This document shows positions 44,269 to 53,525 of a DNA stretch of 64,000 nucleotides, in pieces. Position 1 is the first letter of the stretch; the number at the start of each line of letters is the position of its first letter. The position numbers and the translations under genes are program-made. The notes beneath the pieces are model-generated. The model did no database searches. It was not told where the DNA came from and worked only from the letters and a program-made list of their open reading frames with translations. Source of the stretch: Chlorobium sp. (GTDB taxonomy: Bacteria; Bacteroidota; Chlorobiia; Chlorobiales; Chlorobiaceae); NCBI GenBank assembly GCA_005843815.1, contig SZYA01000026.1, positions 3,949-67,948 on the forward strand. Reading direction: 5' to 3'.

Positions 44269-45327
44269 TCAGGCTCCGAGATGCTGCACAATTGCCTCTG
44301 TCATCTCAGTTGTGGAGACCACAGGCTCACCAGGAGCGGCGATATCGGCAGTGCGCAATCCCTTTGCCAGGGTTGCCTCAATTGCCAGCTCAATCTCACG
44401 GGCAATCTCCGGTTTCTTGAAGCTGTGTTCAAACATCATGGCAACCGATGCGATGGTGGCAATCGGGTTGGCCTTGTTCTGTCCCGCAATATCAGGCGCG
44501 CTGCCATGGATTGGCTCGTAAAGCGCATGTTTTGTGCCGATACTTGCCGAAGGGAGCATACCGAGACTTCCTGTAATCATTCCGGCAATATCACTCAGTA
44601 TATCACCAAAGAGGTTGCCGGTGACGATAACGTCAAACTGTTTTGGATTACGGACAATCTGCATGGCGGCGTTATCCACATACATATCACTCAGCTCAAC
44701 ATCGGCAAAATCCTTGTGTACCTCATGCACCACATTGCGCCAAAACTGTGAGACCTCAAGCACATTTGCCTTGTCGATGGACATCACTCTGCCCTTGCGC
44801 TTGCGGGCGGCCTCAAAGGCAAGACGGGCAATACGCTCAACCTCAAAGTCCTCATAGACCATGGTGTTCCAACCCTTGTGCTCATCAAAGCCACGTGGCT
44901 GACCAAAATAGATGCCACCGGTCAGCTCCCTGAATACCACAAAATCAGTGCCGCGAACCACATCTGCTTTCAGTGAAGAGGCATCAATCAGTGCGTCATA
45001 GACTTTTGCCGGGCGGAGGTTGGCAAAGAGCTCAAGCTCCTTGCGGATTTTAAGCAGCGCCGCCTCCGGCTTGTGTTCGTGTGGCAGCTTTTCCCATTTT
45101 GGGCCACCAACTGCTCCCAGCAGCACAGCGTCGCACCTCCGGCAGGCTTCAAGCGCTTCCTGGGTGAGCATTTCACCGTGCAGGTCATAAGAGGCACCAC
45201 CGAAGGGGTGCTCCTCAATGACGATTTCAAAGCCATGTTTTATTGAGAGCTGCTCCAGCACTGCAACAGCTCCCGCTACCACCTCCGGGCCGATACCATC
45301 ACCGGGTATTGAGACAATCTTGTACAT
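44269..45327 (-). CDS. leuB: 3-isopropylmalate dehydrogenase
   Basis: 'MYKIVSIPGDGIGPEV' and 'NLFGDILSD' are signatures of isocitrate/isopropylmalate dehydrogenases; 352 aa. Confidence 0.95.
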   Translation of the reverse strand: MYKIVSIPGDGIGPEVVAGAVAVLEQLSIKHGFEIVIEEHPFGGASYDLHGEMLTQEALEACRRCDAVLLGAVGGPKWEKLPHEHKPEAALLKIRKELELFANLRPAKVYDALIDASSLKADVVRGTDFVVFRELTGGIYFGQPRGFDEHKGWNTMVYEDFEVERIARLAFEAARKRKGRVMSIDKANVLEVSQFWRNVVHEVHKDFADVELSDMYVDNAAMQIVRNPKQFDVIVTGNLFGDILSDIAGMITGSLGMLPSASIGTKHALYEPIHGSAPDIAGQNKANPIATIASVAMMFEHSFKKPEIAREIELAIEATLAKGLRTADIAAPGEPVVSTTEMTEAIVQHLGA

Positions 45328-45437
45328 TCTTTTCTTTTGAATCGCTATAGGAAATATTCCTCGAAGCTGTGCTTCGTGAAGAAATTCTTAAACATGAACT
45401 TACACCCCGTAGCCCTGCTGCGGGGTGGTTTATTGCA

Positions 45438-46430
45438 TTATTTTTTGATCAGCCAGCTCATCATATCGCGAAGTTTCGATCCCACTTTCTCAATTGCATG
45501 GCCGCTGTTCTCCGCTCTCAGCTTGCTCAGCTTCTTGTAGCCGCCGTTACATTCATCAATGAACTCTTTGGCAAAACGTCCATCCTGAACCTCTTCCAGA
45601 ATTTTTTTCATCTCAGCCTTCACCGCAGGCGTGATGAGGCGGGGGCCACGGGTCATGCCACCGTATTCTGCCGTATCGCTCACGGAGTAGTTCATTCTTG
45701 AAAGACCGCCTTCATAATAGAGATCCACAATCAGCTTCAGTTCGTGCATACACTCAAAGTAGGCAAGCTCTTCAGGGTAACCAGCTTCCACAAGGGTTTC
45801 AAATCCAGCCTTGATCAGTTCGGCGGAGCCGCCACAAAGGACAGCCTGCTCACCAAAGAGATCGGTCTCCGTTTCGTTCTTGATGGTGGTCTCAATAACA
45901 CCGGCCTTGGTGCCGCCAAGAGCCTTTGCCCATGCGAGCGCCTGCTGCTTTGCTTCACCGGTATAGTCCTGGTGAACGGCGATAAGACAGGGGACACCGT
46001 TGCCCTGGGTAAAGGTACGGCGCACAAGGTGGCCCGGGCTTTTCGGGGCAATCATGATGACGTTGATCGTCTCGGCAGGGATAATCTGCTTGTAGTGAAT
46101 ATTGAAGCCATGACCAAAGGCAAGGGTGTTGCCTGCCACAAGGTTCGGCGCAATCTCTGCGTCGTAGACCGCTTTCTGGTTCTGGTCAGGAAGAAGCACC
46201 ATCACAATATCAGCCCATTTGGTGGCTTCAACAACCGTTGTGACCTCCAGTCCAGCCTCGCGTGCCTTGGCGCAAGAAGCGCTTTCAGGGCGAAGGCCAA
46301 CACGGACGTTCAGGCCGCTCTCCTTGAGGTTCAGGGCATGGGCATGGCCCTGACTGCCGTAACCGAGAATAGCAATATTTTTGCCCTGCAGATAGCTGAG
46401 ATCGGCATCCTTCTCATAAAAAACGTTCAT
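45438..46430 (-). CDS. ilvC: Ketol-acid reductoisomerase
   Basis: '[21 protein letters not shown]' NADP fold; likely ATG at 46430 (MNVFYEKD). Confidence 0.95.
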   Translation of the reverse strand: MNVFYEKDADLSYLQGKNIAILGYGSQGHAHALNLKESGLNVRVGLRPESASCAKAREAGLEVTTVVEATKWADIVMVLLPDQNQKAVYDAEIAPNLVAGNTLAFGHGFNIHYKQIIPAETINVIMIAPKSPGHLVRRTFTQGNGVPCLIAVHQDYTGEAKQQALAWAKALGGTKAGVIETTIKNETETDLFGEQAVLCGGSAELIKAGFETLVEAGYPEELAYFECMHELKLIVDLYYEGGLSRMNYSVSDTAEYGGMTRGPRLITPAVKAEMKKILEEVQDGRFAKEFIDECNGGYKKLSKLRAENSGHAIEKVGSKLRDMMSWLIKK

Positions 46431-46474
46431 CGCATACAATGGTTTTGATTAAATAATACCTGTTCAAAATAGTG

Positions 46475-46951
46475 TCACTCTCCCCGGTGGATTGCCACAG
46501 CGCCGGAACGAGCAAGTTCCTTGATGCCGTAGGGTCTGAAGATATCAATGGTTGTGTTGATCTTGTCCGGCGATCCAATGACCTCAATAGTAATAGATTT
46601 TTGTTTTATATCCACCACTTTTCCTTTAAAAACATTGATCAGCTCAAAAATCTCGTGCTGCTGTGTTTTGGTGAGTTTCAGGGTCATCAGAAGCAGCTCC
46701 CGTTCAACATGGGGTTGCCGCGTCAGATCGATAACCTTGATGGTATCGACAAGCCTGTTCAACTGCTTGAGCACCTGACTGATAATCTGGTCTTCACCCC
46801 TGGTGACAATGGTCATGCGCGATATTTCCGCATCCTCGGTTTCGCCAATGGAGATGCTTTCAAGGTTAAATCCCCGGGCGCTGAACATGGCGGCCACCCG
46901 GTTAAGGGAGCCAAACTTGTTTTCAACGAGTACTGATATGAGATGTTTCAT
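46475..46951 (-). CDS. ilvN: Acetolactate synthase small (regulatory) subunit
   Basis: ACT-domain N-terminus 'HLISVLVENKFGSLNRVAAMFSARGFNLESISIG'; 158 aa. Confidence 0.9.
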   Translation of the reverse strand: MKHLISVLVENKFGSLNRVAAMFSARGFNLESISIGETEDAEISRMTIVTRGEDQIISQVLKQLNRLVDTIKVIDLTRQPHVERELLLMTLKLTKTQQHEIFELINVFKGKVVDIKQKSITIEVIGSPDKINTTIDIFRPYGIKELARSGAVAIHRGE

Positions 46952-46955
46952 AGAT

Positions 46956-48677
46956 TCAAACCATTGTTTTTGGGTTTAACCGGGCAAGGAGCATGTCGGA
47001 AATTGAGCCTCCGGCAGGCACCATCGGAAAGACCATATCTTTTTTGACCACCCTGAAATCAACCAGAATCGGCCCGTCATTCCAGGCAAGCGCCTCCTCA
47101 ATAGCCGCTTTTGCGCTGTCGGGGTTATCTGCCTTGAGCGCCCTGCAGCCGAATGCTTCGGCCACCTTGACAAAGTCGGGATTGCTGTCGCCCAGATCGG
47201 TAAAGGAGTACTTCTCCTTGTGGAAGAGCTCCTGCCATTGGCGAACCATGCCGAGAAAGCTGTTGTTGATAAGGAATATCTTGATCGGGATCTTGTGGTG
47301 AACAGCCGTCACCAGCTCCTGGATATTCATCATGAAGCCACCATCTCCGCAAAAGAGCACTACCGGGCGATCCTTGATGCCAAAGGCTGCGCCGATGGCA
47401 GCGGGCAAGCCGTAGCCCATGGTGCCAAGCCCTCCGCTGGTAATGATGGAGCGTGGATTGATAAAGGTATAAAACTGAGATGTCCACATCTGGTGCTGGC
47501 CGACATCGGTAACAACAACAGCATTGCCTTTGGTCTGTTTTGAGACCTCTTCAATGACGAATTCAGTTCGCAGCGCGTTATCCTCGTTGCTGTAGCTCAA
47601 GGGGCACTGTTGGCGCCATGCGTTGATTTCTGCCAGCCAGGGGTCACGGTTCTCTGTCGTTTTCGGCATCACCTCAAAGAGTCCCGCGAGAAAGTTTTTG
47701 GCATCACCGACAACCGGCAGGTCAACCTTCACATTTTTATCAACATTGGTTGGATCAATGTCGTTATGGATTTTGTATGCCTGTGGCGCAAAGGTCTCCA
47801 CTTTTCCGGTGACCCGGTCATCAAAACGAGCGCCAACGGCAATCAGAAGATCGCATCGGTTGACCGCCTGATTTGCCCAATAGGTGCCGTGCATTCCGAG
47901 CATCCCCATACTGAGCGGATGGTTTCCGGGAAAGGCACCAAGTCCCTGCAAGGTCATGGTAACGGGGATATTTAGCTGAATCGCCAGCTTTTGCAGCTCC
48001 TGGGATGCTTCAGCGCTGATAACACCGCCGCCGATATAGAGGAGCGGACGTTTGGAGGCAGCAATTTTTTGCGCTGCCTTTTCAACCTGGTTGATGTGGC
48101 ATTTGATGGTGGGCTTGAATCCCCGGATTTCAACAGTTTCGGGCCACTCAAAATTGCACGACGCATTCAGGATATCTTTTGGCATATCAACAAGCACCGG
48201 CCCCGGTCTGCCGGTTGTCGCCAGATAAAAAGCCTTGCTGATGGTTGCAGCAAGCTCTTTAACATCCTTGACAAGGAAATTGTGCTTGGTGATTGGCCGG
48301 GTGATGCCGACAATATCAGCCTCCTGAAAGGCATCGTTGCCGATCAGCGAGCTTGGTACCTGCCCGGTAAAGACAACCATTGGCGATGAGTCCATATAGG
48401 CGTTTGCAATGCCGGTGACGGTGTTGGTTGCACCGGGGCCTGAGGTGACCAGCACCACGCCGGGCTTTCCTGTGGCACGGGCATAGCCTTCCGCCATGTG
48501 GGTTGCCCCCTGTTCATGACGGACAAGGATGTGCTGAATGTCATGGACATCATAAAGAGTTTCATAAACTTTCAGCAGGGAGCCGCCCGGATATCCGAAA
48601 ATATAGTCAACGTTTTCACGTCGCAGACATTCAATAAATATCTCTGAGCCATTCAGAGTCTTGCCTGATGAGTGCAT
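46956..48677 (-). CDS. ilvB: Acetolactate synthase large subunit
   Basis: ThDP enzyme with 'GYPGGSLL', 'GPGATN' and the ThDP motif 'GDGGFMMNIQEL'; 573 aa. Confidence 0.95.
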   Translation of the reverse strand: MHSSGKTLNGSEIFIECLRRENVDYIFGYPGGSLLKVYETLYDVHDIQHILVRHEQGATHMAEGYARATGKPGVVLVTSGPGATNTVTGIANAYMDSSPMVVFTGQVPSSLIGNDAFQEADIVGITRPITKHNFLVKDVKELAATISKAFYLATTGRPGPVLVDMPKDILNASCNFEWPETVEIRGFKPTIKCHINQVEKAAQKIAASKRPLLYIGGGVISAEASQELQKLAIQLNIPVTMTLQGLGAFPGNHPLSMGMLGMHGTYWANQAVNRCDLLIAVGARFDDRVTGKVETFAPQAYKIHNDIDPTNVDKNVKVDLPVVGDAKNFLAGLFEVMPKTTENRDPWLAEINAWRQQCPLSYSNEDNALRTEFVIEEVSKQTKGNAVVVTDVGQHQMWTSQFYTFINPRSIITSGGLGTMGYGLPAAIGAAFGIKDRPVVLFCGDGGFMMNIQELVTAVHHKIPIKIFLINNSFLGMVRQWQELFHKEKYSFTDLGDSNPDFVKVAEAFGCRALKADNPDSAKAAIEEALAWNDGPILVDFRVVKKDMVFPMVPAGGSISDMLLARLNPKTMV

Positions 48678-48684
48678 AGCGGAT

Positions 48685-50382
48685 TTATTTTAGTTCACAG
48701 GAGACAGGACTTTTCAGAATTGCACCGGTATTGGCCGATGTGACCATTTGCGCATACCTGGCCAGATAGCCCTTTTTTATTTTTGGCTCAAACGGTTTCA
48801 ATGCGGCAAGCCGTTTACTGATAACATCGTCTGAAAGGTTGACCGAAAGGCTCCTCTCGGGAATATTGATGGTAATCATATCGCCGTTGTTCAGGGCTGC
48901 AATCGGACCACGTTCGGCTGCTTCGGGTGAGATGTGGCCGATGCAGGCACCTCTTGAGCCTCCGGAGAAGCGCCCGTCAGTGATAAGTGCAACAGAGTCT
49001 CCCAGACCGCGCCCCATGATGGCGCTGGTGGGGGAGAGCATTTCAGGCATGCCCGGTCCTCCTTTTGGCCCTTCATAGCGAATGACCACAACGTCTCCTG
49101 CCTTGACATCATCACCCATAATTCCTTTGATGGCATCCTCCTGGCAGTCATAGACCTTTGCCGGGCCAGTATGGTTCAACATTTGCGGGCTCACCGCGCC
49201 GGTTTTAACGACGGAGCCCTTTGGTGCCAGATTTCCATACAGAACAGCAAGGCCGCCTGTTGCAGAGTAGGGATCGTCAAGAGTTCTGATGACGGTGTTG
49301 TCCATGATCTCTGCGTCGGCAATGTTTTCACCAAGGCTCTTTCCGGTAACAGTCAACGCCGAGAGGTCAAGAAGGCCATCTCTTTTACTCAGTTCATGAA
49401 GGATGGCAGAGACTCCGCCAGCCCGATCGACATCTTCAATATGGACTGCCATGGTAGCCGGACTCACCTTGCAGATGTAGGGAGTTTTGGCTGAAAGGGC
49501 GTTAAGTTCGGAAAAATCAAAGTCCAGTTCAGCTTCGTTGGCAATGGCAAGAGCGTGCAGGATGGTGTTGGTGCTGCCTCCCATCGCAAAATCAAGGGTA
49601 AAGGCATTGAGCAGTGCGCTTCTTGTCAGAATATCCCTCGGTCTGATATCCTTGTTGACCAGGTCGATAATCCTGCGGGAGGCCTCCCTGACCAGATCAT
49701 TGCGACGGGGGTCGATGGCAAGAATGGTGCCGTTGCCCGGCAGGGCAAAGCCAAGCGCTTCGCTGAGGCAGTTCATGGAGTTGGCCGTGAACATTCCCGA
49801 ACACGATCCACATCCAGGGCAGGCGCTCTCCTCTATCGACTCCAGCTCTTTTTCGTCAATTTTTCCGGCGCTCAACTGACCGACTGCCTCAAAGACCGAA
49901 ATCAGATCAACTGTTTTACCGGATGGGGTGCGGCCTGCTTTCATGGGGCCACCGGAGACAAAGATGACCGGAATGTTGATGCGCAGCGCCGCCATCATCA
50001 TGCCAGGGGTGATTTTGTCGCAGTTTGGAATACAGACCAGTCCGTCGAGACGGTGCGCTTCGGCCACGGTTTCGACACTGTCGGCAATCAGTTCGCGGCT
50101 GGCAAGAGAGTAGCGCATACCGATATGGCCCATCGCAATACCATCACAAACTCCTATAGTATTAAATTCAAAGGGAACCCCCCCCGCCTTGCGAACCTCC
50201 TCTTTGGCGATTTTTCCCAGTTCCTGCAGGTGAGAATGGCCGGGGATCAGCTCATTATAGGAGTTGCAGATCCCGATAAAGGGCTTGCGAAAATCGTTGT
50301 TTGAGACGATAGAGCCTGTGGCTTTCAGAAGGCTGCGGTGTGGAGCTTTTTCAAACCCCTTTTTTATGGTATCAGATCTCAT
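48685..50382 (-). CDS. ilvD: Dihydroxy-acid dehydratase
   Basis: '[23 protein letters not shown]', 'CDKITPGM' and 'TDGRFSGG' motifs. ATG at 50382; the track start at 50403 is TTG. Confidence 0.95.
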   Translation of the reverse strand: MRSDTIKKGFEKAPHRSLLKATGSIVSNNDFRKPFIGICNSYNELIPGHSHLQELGKIAKEEVRKAGGVPFEFNTIGVCDGIAMGHIGMRYSLASRELIADSVETVAEAHRLDGLVCIPNCDKITPGMMMAALRINIPVIFVSGGPMKAGRTPSGKTVDLISVFEAVGQLSAGKIDEKELESIEESACPGCGSCSGMFTANSMNCLSEALGFALPGNGTILAIDPRRNDLVREASRRIIDLVNKDIRPRDILTRSALLNAFTLDFAMGGSTNTILHALAIANEAELDFDFSELNALSAKTPYICKVSPATMAVHIEDVDRAGGVSAILHELSKRDGLLDLSALTVTGKSLGENIADAEIMDNTVIRTLDDPYSATGGLAVLYGNLAPKGSVVKTGAVSPQMLNHTGPAKVYDCQEDAIKGIMGDDVKAGDVVVIRYEGPKGGPGMPEMLSPTSAIMGRGLGDSVALITDGRFSGGSRGACIGHISPEAAERGPIAALNNGDMITINIPERSLSVNLSDDVISKRLAALKPFEPKIKKGYLARYAQMVTSANTGAILKSPVSCELK

Positions 50383-50493
50383 TTTCAAATAAAAATTTAG
50401 CAATTAGTCAAACACTCCCCCCGGGTAGCCGTTACCAAAGTTACAGTGAAGATTCGTGTGAAGAGAATGATTAACTTGGGTGCGGCTCTTGAC

Positions 50494-50619
50494 TCAGAGC
50501 ACAAGAATAAGTGCTCGCACGATCACAACAGGAATGATGATGCCGACCCGTGAGCCAGTGGATTGTAACAGATACGCGGTACTGCTGCCGGATGTATTTT
50601 TCCTGCATGGCTCCACCAT
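50494..50619 (-). promoter_or_regulatory. Candidate ilv-leu leader peptide ORF (41 codons from ATG 50619) ending 'VGIIIPVVIVRALILVL-stop'
   Basis: 13 of the last 17 codons (50497-50547) are Ile/Val/Leu, located 112-162 nt upstream of the ilvD ATG. Two mutually exclusive stems overlap the last codons: GAGCAC/GTGCTC, and GTGCGAGC/GCCGCAC within 50480-50520. I found no clear U-tract terminator. Confidence 0.4.
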
Positions 50620-50763
50620 TCCAGAGCGGTTGCGTGAGCTGAAAGAGAGTAAGCTGAATACAGACATTGCCTGATATGTATAAGCGAACAGAATTTTTAC
50701 CGGTATTAAACGAAAACTTGACACAAATTACATTTAATGTTTTATTAAAACAAAAATTAAAAA

Positions 50764-50772
50764 TGCTATAAT
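50764..50772 (+). promoter_or_regulatory. Extended -10-like element TGcTATAAT, 45 bp upstream of the 50817 ORF
   Basis: Read directly. There is no good -35, and sigma-70 consensus usage in this lineage is assumed rather than known. Confidence 0.3.
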
Positions 50773-50816
50773 CAAGCGGGAATGTGCAGTTTATTCCTTA
50801 ACCAAACATTGGCACC

Positions 50817-52397
50817 ATGCTGAATCTTCAAGTCGCTTTACCCCAGGATGTACCACCCTTTTTTCTGACAATCTGCTTTGTCTCTCTTTTTATTTTTCTG
50901 GCAGAGTTGCTGACCAGGCGCTTCAGTGTCAGTGCACTTGTTGTAAGGAAAATTGTCCATCTCTCCATGGGAGTGGTGATTTTTTTTATTCCTGGCTATT
51001 TCCAGTCCAATTTTTATCCCGCCATTGCGGCGCTGCTTTTGCTGCTTTTCAGCGCGCTGAACATTCGATTCAAGTGGGTTCTCTCCCTGCTGGCTCTTCC
51101 TGATGATGATAAAACTCATGCCCCTGCTGTAAAAAGCTATGGCACTCTTCTTTTTCCTCTTGTGTTTTTGTTGCAGCTTCTTTTTCTCTGGGAATCCCAC
51201 AAATGGATATTGCAGACCTCCATGCTTGTGATGGGTGTCAGCGACTCCCTTGCTGCGCTTGTTGGCAGTTCGGTCGGCAAAAAGCATATTGAGCACCTGA
51301 CAAAAAACCCCAAGACAATTGAGGGATCGCTGACCATGTTTTTCAGCGCTTATGTGCTTATCAGTGCCTCACTCTTTGTTTTCAGTCCCTGGTTCACGGG
51401 CTCTCTGGCGAGTGCTCCGATAGTGATGCTTTTTGCTCTGGCCCTCTTGCTGGCGCTTGTTGCCACCGCTGTCGAAGCTCTTTTGTCACACGGGCTTGAC
51501 AATTTTTTTATTCCGGTATCCATTGCCTATATACTGTATCTGCTCCAGATGAATCAGCCAGTTTTTCTTGAGCGCTTTCTTCTTGGTGGACTCTTTGCCT
51601 TTTTTCTTGCTGTTTTTTCGATCAAGGTCAAGTTTCTCACAAACAGTGGCGCAACAGCGACATTTCTGCTTGGAACCACTATCTTTGGAATTGGTGGCAT
51701 GGAATGGACAGTGCCACTTCTCACCTTTTATCTTCTCTCGTCGGTGCTTTCAAAACTTGGCAAGAAACGTAAGGCGAAGTTTGACCTTGTTTTTGAAAAA
51801 GGTTCTCAGCGCGATGCCGGTCAGGTGTATGCCAACGGAGGTATTGCATGGGTGCTCATGATTATGTATTCGCTGAACAACGATCCGGCAATCTTTTTCG
51901 CTTATCTTGGTACGCTTGCTGCGGTGCAGGCTGATACCTGGGCAACTGAAATCGGTACCCTGTGGCCAAATCCCAAGGCGTGGTTGGTGACCAGCTTTAA
52001 AGAGGTGCCTGTTGGTACCTCAGGCGGTGTCTCTGTGCCAGGTACCTCCGCAGCATTTTTTGGTTCGCTTCTGATCTGTGCGAGCGCTCTTGCTATTAAT
52101 GTTCAGTGGTTGTCTGAGTTTGGGTGGGTTCAATCGCTTCTTCTCATTGGCTTTTCAGGGCTTCTTGCAAGTCTGGTTGACAGCTTTTTAGGTGCGACCG
52201 TGCAGGCTCAGTATTTCGATCCTGTCCGCGAAAAAGTGACGGAGAGAACTCACAGTCTTGCGCCCGACGGCATCATGGTTGAGAACAGGCTTATCAAGGG
52301 AACACCACTGGTCAATAATGATCTGGTCAATACACTTTGTGCTTTGTCGGGTTCTGCATTGGCTTATCTGGTTATCCGAAGTCTCCATTTTTTTTAA
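50817..52397 (+). CDS. Fusion protein: N-terminal phytol/dolichol-kinase-like (CTP-dependent, COG0170) domain plus C-terminal DUF92/TMEM19 (COG1836, VTE6-like) domain
   Basis: The N-half has 'VRKIVHLSMG' and 'GVSDSLAALVGSSVGKKHI....KTIEGSLTMF'. The C-half has 'GG..W...LL.FYLLSSVLSKLGKKRK', 'QVYANGG', 'VQADTWATEIG' and 'VGTSGGVSVPGT'. It is polytopic throughout; 526 aa. Confidence 0.75.
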   Translation: MLNLQVALPQDVPPFFLTICFVSLFIFLAELLTRRFSVSALVVRKIVHLSMGVVIFFIPGYFQSNFYPAIAALLLLLFSALNIRFKWVLSLLALPDDDKTHAPAVKSYGTLLFPLVFLLQLLFLWESHKWILQTSMLVMGVSDSLAALVGSSVGKKHIEHLTKNPKTIEGSLTMFFSAYVLISASLFVFSPWFTGSLASAPIVMLFALALLLALVATAVEALLSHGLDNFFIPVSIAYILYLLQMNQPVFLERFLLGGLFAFFLAVFSIKVKFLTNSGATATFLLGTTIFGIGGMEWTVPLLTFYLLSSVLSKLGKKRKAKFDLVFEKGSQRDAGQVYANGGIAWVLMIMYSLNNDPAIFFAYLGTLAAVQADTWATEIGTLWPNPKAWLVTSFKEVPVGTSGGVSVPGTSAAFFGSLLICASALAINVQWLSEFGWVQSLLLIGFSGLLASLVDSFLGATVQAQYFDPVREKVTERTHSLAPDGIMVENRLIKGTPLVNNDLVNTLCALSGSALAYLVIRSLHFF

Positions 52398-53080
52398 TGA
52401 ACAATATTGCCTCTACCAGTATGTTTGACTCGAAACTCGGCATTATCACTCTCTTGTCTGATGCCGGAGCTGTTGTCTATTTTGTGCTTGCCACACTGCT
52501 TTTGTTTTCCATTGTATCGTGGGCAATCATTGCTTTCAAATTTGGATATGTCCGCAAATCGCTGAAAGAGTCCAAGGCATTTCTTGACTATTTTTTTGAA
52601 GTCAGCAGTGTTGACAAAGCGTTTACAAAAAGCGAGGAGTACAGAAGCGGCTCCCTTTCCAGAGTTTTTCGTTCGGGCTATATCGAATATCAGGCTCTCA
52701 ATTGCAAGGGGGAGAGTCGCCATTCGAGAGCTCGCGTTGCACTGGCGATCAAGCGTGAGGCTAATGCCGAGAACAAGAGGCTTGCCTCCCTTGTACCATT
52801 TCTTGCAACAGTAGGCAACACAGCGCCATTTATAGGGCTGTTCGGGACGGTTTGGGGAATCATGACATCATTTCATTCCATTGGGCTTACCCAGTCGGCC
52901 TCGCTTGCTGTTGTGGCCCCTGGTATTTCGGAGGCACTGATTGCTACAGCAGCAGGCTTGGCCGCAGCGATTCCTGCCGTTATGGGTTATAACTATTTTA
53001 CCCAGAAGATCACTATTATCGAGCGGGATATTGAAGAGTTTTCTTCAGACTTTCTTGATTCCTTTTTTAACGAACTCTAG
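52397..53080 (+). CDS. tolQ: TolQ (MotA/TolQ/ExbB proton channel)
   Basis: 'LATVGNTAPFIGLFGTVWGIM' and 'APGISEALIATAAGLAAAIPAV'. The ATG at 52397 overlaps the upstream stop (TAATG). Confidence 0.9.
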   Translation: MNNIASTSMFDSKLGIITLLSDAGAVVYFVLATLLLFSIVSWAIIAFKFGYVRKSLKESKAFLDYFFEVSSVDKAFTKSEEYRSGSLSRVFRSGYIEYQALNCKGESRHSRARVALAIKREANAENKRLASLVPFLATVGNTAPFIGLFGTVWGIMTSFHSIGLTQSASLAVVAPGISEALIATAAGLAAAIPAVMGYNYFTQKITIIERDIEEFSSDFLDSFFNEL

Positions 53081-53093
53081 GGAGAGAGTCTGT

Positions 53094-53516
53094 ATGATCA
53101 TGTCAGGAAAAGGTCGGTTGATGAGTGACATTAATGTTACTCCGTTTGTTGATGTCATGCTGGTACTGTTGATCATTTTTATGGTAACGGCTCCGATGAT
53201 GACCCATGGAATCAAGGTTGATACGCCGAAAACAACGCTCAAGAAGATGGATGTCGAGGAGCACGCCGTGGTGATCACTATTGATGCATCACGTCGGGTT
53301 TCCATTAATAATGATCAGTTAGATGTTTCGGAGGTTCGCGACAGACTTCCAGCTCTTCTTGACATCAACAGTACACCGGAGATTTATCTTAAAGCGGATA
53401 AATCTCTGCCTTATGGAGTGGTGATGGAGCTGATTGCACAGATCAAGGATGCCGGAATTGAAAAGATCGGTATGGTCACTGAACCAGTTTTGGCTGCACA
53501 GCAAGGTGGAAGGTAG
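53094..53516 (+). CDS. tolR: TolR (ExbD/TolR family)
   Basis: 'DINVTPFVDVMLVLLIIFMVTAPMM'. The ATG at 53094 follows GGGAGAGAG. Confidence 0.9.
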   Translation: MIMSGKGRLMSDINVTPFVDVMLVLLIIFMVTAPMMTHGIKVDTPKTTLKKMDVEEHAVVITIDASRRVSINNDQLDVSEVRDRLPALLDINSTPEIYLKADKSLPYGVVMELIAQIKDAGIEKIGMVTEPVLAAQQGGR

Positions 53517-53525
53517 GGTGGCTGT

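Noticed and set aside
44062-50304. Plus-strand ORFs opposite leuC/leuB, ilvC and ilvD (44062..44751, 45744..46448, 49555..50304 and others)
   Set aside because: These are shadow ORFs of strongly supported minus-strand biosynthetic genes and carry no independent signals.
50383-50493. Classical intrinsic terminator between the candidate leader peptide and ilvD
   Set aside because: I found only weak stems (GGTA/TACC, CUACC..GGGAG) and a T-run directly abutting the ilvD start. There is no GC-rich hairpin plus U-tract, so I do not annotate a terminator and I flag the attenuation model as unresolved.
52337-53093. Upstream extensions of tolQ (from 52337) and tolR (from 52941) given in the ORF track
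   Set aside because: The extensions overlap the preceding genes and encode non-homologous residues. Internal ATGs at 52397 (TAATG coupling) and 53094 (GGGAGAGAG SD) give canonical TolQ and TolR N-termini.
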